A stretch of 64,000 bases of DNA from Centroscyllium fabricii (Eukaryota), in the NCBI GenBank assembly GCA_051313645.2, contig JBNRSN020000021.1, positions 15,500,001 through 15,564,000 of the forward strand, given 5' to 3'. Positions 58,106 to 64,000 of the stretch are shown here, piece after piece. The position numbers were made by a program, and so were the translations under genes. The notes under the pieces are model-generated. The model had not been told where the DNA came from. It saw nothing but the letters and a program-made list of their open reading frames with translations, and made no database searches. Position 1 is the first letter of the stretch; the number at the start of each line of letters is the position of its first letter.

Positions 58106-59603
58106 TGTAAGATTCTCAAAATTCTGCAGATCCCATAAACCAGGAAGATTATAATTAAAGAAAATAAATTTTGGACTGTTTAAAACCCATGTCAGGATGA
58201 TGAATGAATATTGGGCCAGAAAGGGGTTTAAAGTAAAAAAAACAGGATTTTGGTTGTTTTAAAAAGCACGCTTAAGCATTGAGAAGGGAAGCAGGCTGCA
58301 AACAAAGTAATTGGAATGGGCCTCTGTAATACAGACAAGTTTGGATATCGGCATAAGCCAGGCTGTCTGGGAACGTTGGGCTGTTTACCTAATGATAAAA
58401 CACCAACAGGAATAGTATTTCCCGCCAGAAATTACAGAGCCATCCAAAGCATGCATAATACAGGACATGCCACTAACCAACAAAAGGGGCCCCCATTTCA
58501 ACAGGAAAAGACAAATCATACTGTAAGGATTAAACAGTCATCTAAAGCCAATTTAGGTTTCGATGGACCATCCCAAAACTAATTCACGCCAACATAAACC
58601 AGTTAAGATAGTTGGGACCAGCCCGAAACCCATTTAAAGAATTTAAAACCTATTAATATTAATGAGCCCACCAAAAATGACAATGGGCCAGAGAAGATTA
58701 GGCAGACAGATAAGCAAAGCCTCAAACAGTATAATTGGGGCTGGCTTTTTACAGTCAAACAGTTCGTTAGGAAGCCAAACACAGTTCATTAGGAAGCCAG
58801 ACACAATTCGTTAGGAAGCCAGGTTCAGTTCGTCAAGAAGTCAAGACCAGTTCGGAAGAGTTCAAGTTCAACAGTTCAGTTCTCATTTGCTACAGCATGT
58901 GTAGAAGAAGACATATCAAGACACCAAGGTATCAAAAGCCCAAGAAACAAACAACCGAAAATATTACTAGGAACCAGGTAATATTTGGCCCACCACGACC
59001 GACAAGAAACCAACTGGGAAGAAACTGAAGATTCCACTCTACAATCTATCCTGATTTACCCCCTGGGTAAGATTTGAACGAAAAGACTCTAAAAACCTAT
59101 GCCTGACCACAAGAAATTGGGTACTTACCCAATAGATCCAATACATACCTGACTGCATCAGCAGACACACGAAGCCTGACCAGCAATGCAGATGAAGTCC
59201 TCTACCATGTCTGGGGTATGGCAGGCCCCAACTGACACATCTAGAGAACCCCAAAATCGTGAACCTCTACGACTGTCAATATAAGTCATTTTGGTGAGCA
59301 TTATCCCTGGTCCTCTGGAGCCCAACTTAGTTAGTTAAGTGGAATTGGGAGGGGTGTAGTGTTGTACCTACCGTTATTCTCCCTCGCATATTTCTGAAGT
59401 GTTCCCCCTTTAGAGTGATAAGATTATTGTGTTGTATTTTAATTTCTCAAATCAAATTAAAGTTATTTTCACCAATTCAATTGACTGCTGCATTTTCAGT
59501 ACAGCCCTAAATAAGTCCCAGGTCTCGAACAAAAGGGTGTGGGAGCGACTCAAACTGCTCAGAAATCAGAGGTGAAGCTGACCCCAAAACAACACCCCCT
59601 ACA
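58106..59603. mobile_element. Long solo LTR (~1.5 kb)
   Basis: TGTAAG...CTACA ends; 5-bp TSD GAGCC/GGGCC; the host CR1 resumes exactly across it. Confidence 0.75.
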
Positions 59604-61079
59604 GGGCCGAACCAGTATTTTATAAAGTTTCATCATAATTTTCACGCTTTTGTACTCTATCCCTCTAATTATGAAGCCCAGGATCCCGTAAGCATTTTTA
59701 ACTGCTTTCTCAACCTGCCCTGCCACCTTCAACGATTTGTGCACACATATCTCAGGTCTCTCTGTTCATGCACACCCTTCAGGATTGTACTATTTCGCTC
59801 ATAAGCCCTCTCCTCATTCTTTCTGCCAAAATGCATCACTTCACACTTTTCTGCGTTAAATTTCATCTGCCACGTGTCCGCCCATTTCACCAGCCTGTCT
59901 ATGTTTTCCTGCAGACTATCACTCTCCTCCTCATTGTTCACCATACTTCCAAGTTTTGTGTCATCTGCAAATTTTGAAATTGTGCCCTGTACACCCACGT
60001 CCAAGTCATTAATATATATCAAGAAAAGCAGTGGTCCGAGAACACCACCGTATACCTTCCTCCAGTCCAAAAAAACAAACATTCACCACGACTCTCTGTT
60101 TCCTACCACTTAGCCAATTCCATATCCATGCTACAAATGTCCCTTTTATTCCATGGGCATTAACTTTGCTGGCAAACCTATTATATGGCACTTTGTCGAA
60201 TGCCTTTTGGAAATCCATGTAGACTACTTTAGCTGCATCACCCTCATCAACCCTCTCTGTTACCTCATCAAATAACTCAATCAAGTTAGTTAAACATGAT
60301 TTGCCTTTAACAAACCCATGCTGGCTGTCCTTAATGAATCCACACTTGTCCTAGTGACTGTTAATTTTGTCTCTGAATACTGTTTCTAAAAGCTTCCCCA
60401 CCACAAAGGTCAAACTGACTGGCTTGTAGTTGCTGGGTTTATCTTTACACCCTTTTTTGAACAATGGTGTAACATTTGCAATTCTCCAGTCCTCAGACAC
60501 CGCCCCCGTATCTATGAAGGATTGGAATATAATGGCCAGTGCCTCCGCGATTTCCTCCCTCAATTCCTTCAGCATCCTAGGATGCATCCCATCCACTCCT
60601 GGTGATTTATCTAATTTAAGTACAGACAGCCTTTCTAATACCTCTGCTTTATCAATTTTTATCCTATCAAGTATCTCCACTACCCACTCCTTTACGATTG
60701 CTATGGCAGCATCCTTGGTGAAGACAGATGCAAAGTGCTCATTTGGTACCTCAGCCATGCCCTCTGCCTCTATGAATAGGCCTCCTTTTTGGTCCCTAAT
60801 CAGCCCCACCCCTCCTCATACTACCCTTTTATTATTTATATTCTTATAGAAGACTTTGGGATTACCTTTTATGTTGGCTGCCATTCTATTCTCATACCCT
60901 CACTTTGCCCCTCTTATTTTCTTTTTCACTTCTCCTCTGACCTTTCTTTATATAGACTGATTTGCAGATGTATTTGTAACCTGACATCTGTCATACGCGA
61001 TCTTTTTCTGCTTCATCATATTCTCTATATCTTTTGTCATCCCGGGAGCTCTGACTTTAGTTGCCCTGCCTTTCCTTCT

Positions 61080-62641
61080 TGTCACAGTTGGCATACCCCT
61101 TTTAAGGTGCATACCCCTTTAAGGTATCCATCTTTGTATCTTTGTTTTGTTCTTTAGTATTGTTAAATTGTACCTCAATTAGTTGTTCTCATTCCTGTGT
61201 GTTCTAGTTGTCAGTGCCTGCAGCTGGTTGGTTAACACCAAATTATCTGCTTGCCGGTTTGGCTTATAAGCTAGAGGTTTTGACCAGACTGTTGCTGGAT
61301 CCTTGAGAGCTCTTCATTCAAGCAAGGGAGCTCATAACACTTGGCAGTTTCTGTGGAAGACAGTGAGCTGGGTTTTGGATTCCTTCCTCTGAAGTCACGG
61401 GAGGAAATGGGTTCCTGTGGAATAGGGAACGCCGGAGGATTCCTATATCCTATTTCTGGACACTGTGCTTCATCGCCTGTTTCAGGTTTGGACTTTCCAA
61501 TATTACTTCATGGACTTTGCTTACTTCATTCCAGCGGCAATGAGGCCCTTTGGATATCCGGTTTGCTCTTGGTTGAGTTCTGGAAGTTCTGAGGATGACC
61601 ACCTAAAGACCATAGATAGGGATACTCTAGGAAGAGTGTTCCAGAGGTCAGGACATTGTTGCAATCATATTTCATTCCTACGGCAATGAGGCCCTTTGGA
61701 TATCCGGTTTGCTCTTGGTTGAGTTCTGGAAGTTCTGAGGATGACCACCGAAAGACCATAGATAGGGATACTCTTAGTTGAGTGTTCCAGAGGTCAGGAC
61801 ATTGTTGTAATCATATTTCTTTCCAGCGGCAATGAGGCCCTTTGGATATCCGGTTTGCTCTTGGTTGAGTTCTGGAAGTTCTGAGGATGACCACCTAAAG
61901 ACCATAGATAGGGATACTCTTAGTTGAGTGTTCCAGAGGTCAGGACATTGTTGCAATTATATTTCATTCCTACGGCAATGAGGCCCTTTGGATATCCGGT
62001 TTGCTCTTGGTGGAGTTCTGGAAGTTCTGAGGATGACCACCAAAAGACCATAGATAGGGATACTCTTAGTTGAGTGTTCCAGAGGTCAGGACATTGTTGT
62101 AATCATATTTCTTTCCTACGGCAATGAGGCCCTTTGGATATCCGGTTTGCTCTTGGTTGAGTTCTGGAATTTCTGAGGATGACCACCGAAAGACCATAGA
62201 TAGGGATACTCTTAGTTGAGTGTTCCAGAGGTCAGGACATTGTTGTAATCATATTTCTTTCCCGCGGCAATGAGGCCCTTTTTATATCCTGGACGCTCCT
62301 AACTGGGTGTTCTGGAGGTTCTGAGGATGACCACCTAAAGACCATAGATTGGGATACTCTAGGTTGAGTGTTCCGGAGGTCAGGACATTGTTGCATCATC
62401 TGCCTTCATTATTTGGACTTTTCACTACCCCTTATTATTAGGCCCTTTCTGTATTTTAGATACTCTATTATGTGTGTCTTGAGGGTTTTAATAATCTCTG
62501 TTAAGTTTGTGCCTGTCTTTAGTAAAGACTAGTGTTTCGATATGTATGTCTTTATATAACATGTTTGTATATTAAAGGATTTAGGATCTAGACCGTTCTC
62601 TCAGTGTTATTGCATTTAGGCCCCGCACCCCGACCGTTACA
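61080..62641 (+). mobile_element. Solo LTR related to the 54280/55496 LTRs, containing a 146-bp tandem array
   Basis: TGTCACAG...CCGTTACA ends; shared blocks GCCTGCAGCT..TTGG.TAACAC and GGCTTATAAGCT; TSD CTTCT/CCTCT. Confidence 0.8.
61525..62400. repeat. Six tandem copies of a 146-bp unit
   Basis: CGGCAATGAGG occurs at 61535, 61681, 61827, 61973, 62119 and 62265. Confidence 0.95.
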
Positions 62642-62989
62642 CCTCTAGTGGGAATGTACCTCAACTGTACCTGAACTATTTCCTCTTTAAAGGCAGCCCG
62701 TTGTTCCATTGCAGTTTTGCTGCCAATCTTTGATTCCAATTTACCCGGGCCAGATCCGTTCTCATCCCACTGAAATGGGCCTTCCCCAGTTAAACATTTT
62801 TACTCTCGATTGCTCCTTGTCCTTTTCCATAGCTAATCTAAACCTTATGATACTGTGAGGACTGTTCCCTAAATGTTCACCTACTGACAGTTGCTCCACT
62901 TGACCTACCTCATTCCCCAGAATCAGATCCAGCAATGTCTACTCCTTCCTCAGGCCGGATACATACTGATCAAGAAAGTTCTCCTGAAT

Positions 62990-63392
62990 GGGCGGCACGG
63001 TGGCATAGTGGTTAGCACTGTTGTCTCACAGCACTGGAGACCCGGGTTCAAATCCAGCCTCGGGTGACTATCTGTGTGGAGTTTGCACATTCTCCCCGTG
63101 TCTGCGTGGGTTTCCTCTGGGTGCTCCGGTTTCCTCCCACAGTCCAAAGATGTGCGGGTTAGGTTGATTGGCCAGGATAAATTGACCCTTAGTGTTAGGG
63201 GAATTAAATATGTGGGGTTACAGGGATAGGGTGGGATATGTGTCGGTGCAGGCTCGATAGGGATATGGGGAGAGGGCAGGGGCGGGATGCTGGGTTTGGA
63301 TGATCAGCCATGATCTCATTGAATGGCGGAGCAGGCTCGAAGGGCCGAATGGCCTACTCCTGCTTTTGGTTTCTATGTTTCTATGTTTCTAT
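62990..63392 (+). mobile_element. HE1-like V-SINE
   Basis: Full-length copy inside the CR1 endonuclease region. Confidence 0.9.
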
Positions 63393-64000
63393 ACACTTCA
63401 GAAATTCTTCCCCTTCTCTGCCCTTAACACTATTAGGATCCCAAACTATATTAGGATAGTTGAAGTCCTCCATTAGTACTACACTATAGTTCTGGCACCA
63501 CTCTGTAATTTCTATGCGAATTTCCTCCTCCTTATCTTTCCCACTATTTGGTGGTCCATAGTATACAACGAATAGTTTAATGGCACCTCTATCATTTCTT
63601 AACTCTACCCATATAGATTCTGTCTTTGGCCCCTCCAAGACATCCTCCCTCTCCAGTATTGTAACATTCTCCTTGACTGATACTGCCAGACCACCTCCTA
63701 TATTCCCTTCCCTATCTTTCCTGAACATTTTATAACCAGGAATATTTAATACCCAATCCTGTCCTTTCTTGAGCCCAGTCTCAGTTATTGCCACCTTATT
63801 TACCACGCTTCATGCATTCACATACATTTCCTAGCTCCCTGAAATCTGCTTCTTTCTACCTATGTTGTTGGTACCGATATGGACCATGACCTCTCGCGGT
63901 TCACCCTCCCGCCTCAGAGTTTTGTAGCCGCTCGGTGACATCCTGGACCCTGGCACCGTGGAGGCAACATGCAGGAAACTCTTTGGCATCTGGCACTGAC

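Larger units (their letters stand above)
53922..63970 (-). mobile_element. Long, degraded CR1 LINE (ORF1 esterase remnant, APE endonuclease, RT, 3' tail) fragmented by at least 5 insertions
   Basis: Pieces 63830-63970 (GARVQDVTERL, VHIGTNN), 63390-63800 (AITET, FNYPNI.W), 62642-62988, 59604-61079 (KSPG.DG.HPR.LKE, YMDFQKAFDKV, KFADD), 58019-58105, 57394-57620, 53922-54176. Confidence 0.85.

Noticed and set aside
61735-61760. Hammerhead-like CTGAGGA...GAAA in the 146-bp repeat
   Set aside because: GAAA is present in only two of six units, stem II cannot form beyond one pair, and I found no matching stem III/NUH site.

Overview
Eukaryotic, repeat-saturated genomic DNA, most likely from a shark or other cartilaginous fish (HE1-type V-SINEs with HER1/CR1 tails, Deu-domain SINEs, CR1 LINEs, Penelope-like fragments). 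I recognised no host protein-coding gene, and most ORF-track entries are repeat artefacts. Main contents: (1) an intact, very young CsRn1-clade Ty3/Gypsy retrotransposon (21490-25936; identical 245-bp LTRs, tRNA-Trp PBS, one gag-pol ORF) inside a LINE; (2) an internally deleted relative (9909-15062) whose 3' LTR is split by a second Gypsy lineage with a YLDN RT motif; (3) a gag-PR fragment and four solo LTRs apparently of that second lineage. In that lineage the PBS position has no tRNA site but is complementary to the element's own R/AATAAA segment, next to a covarying U5 hairpin, suggesting tRNA-independent self-priming (the most novel-looking signal); (4) Penelope-like termini with minimal hammerhead ribozymes; (5) a two-LTR non-coding element with ~1.05-kb LTRs and a 169-bp internal region, plus a related solo LTR carrying six 146-bp repeats; (6) many non-autonomous DNA transposons (PIF/Harbinger-like, pogo/Tigger-like, hAT), minisatellites, a 5S-derived composite insert, and a unique promoter/CTCF-like segment near 49.4-49.7 kb. 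All comparisons were made by eye, and coordinates of degenerate repeats are approximate.
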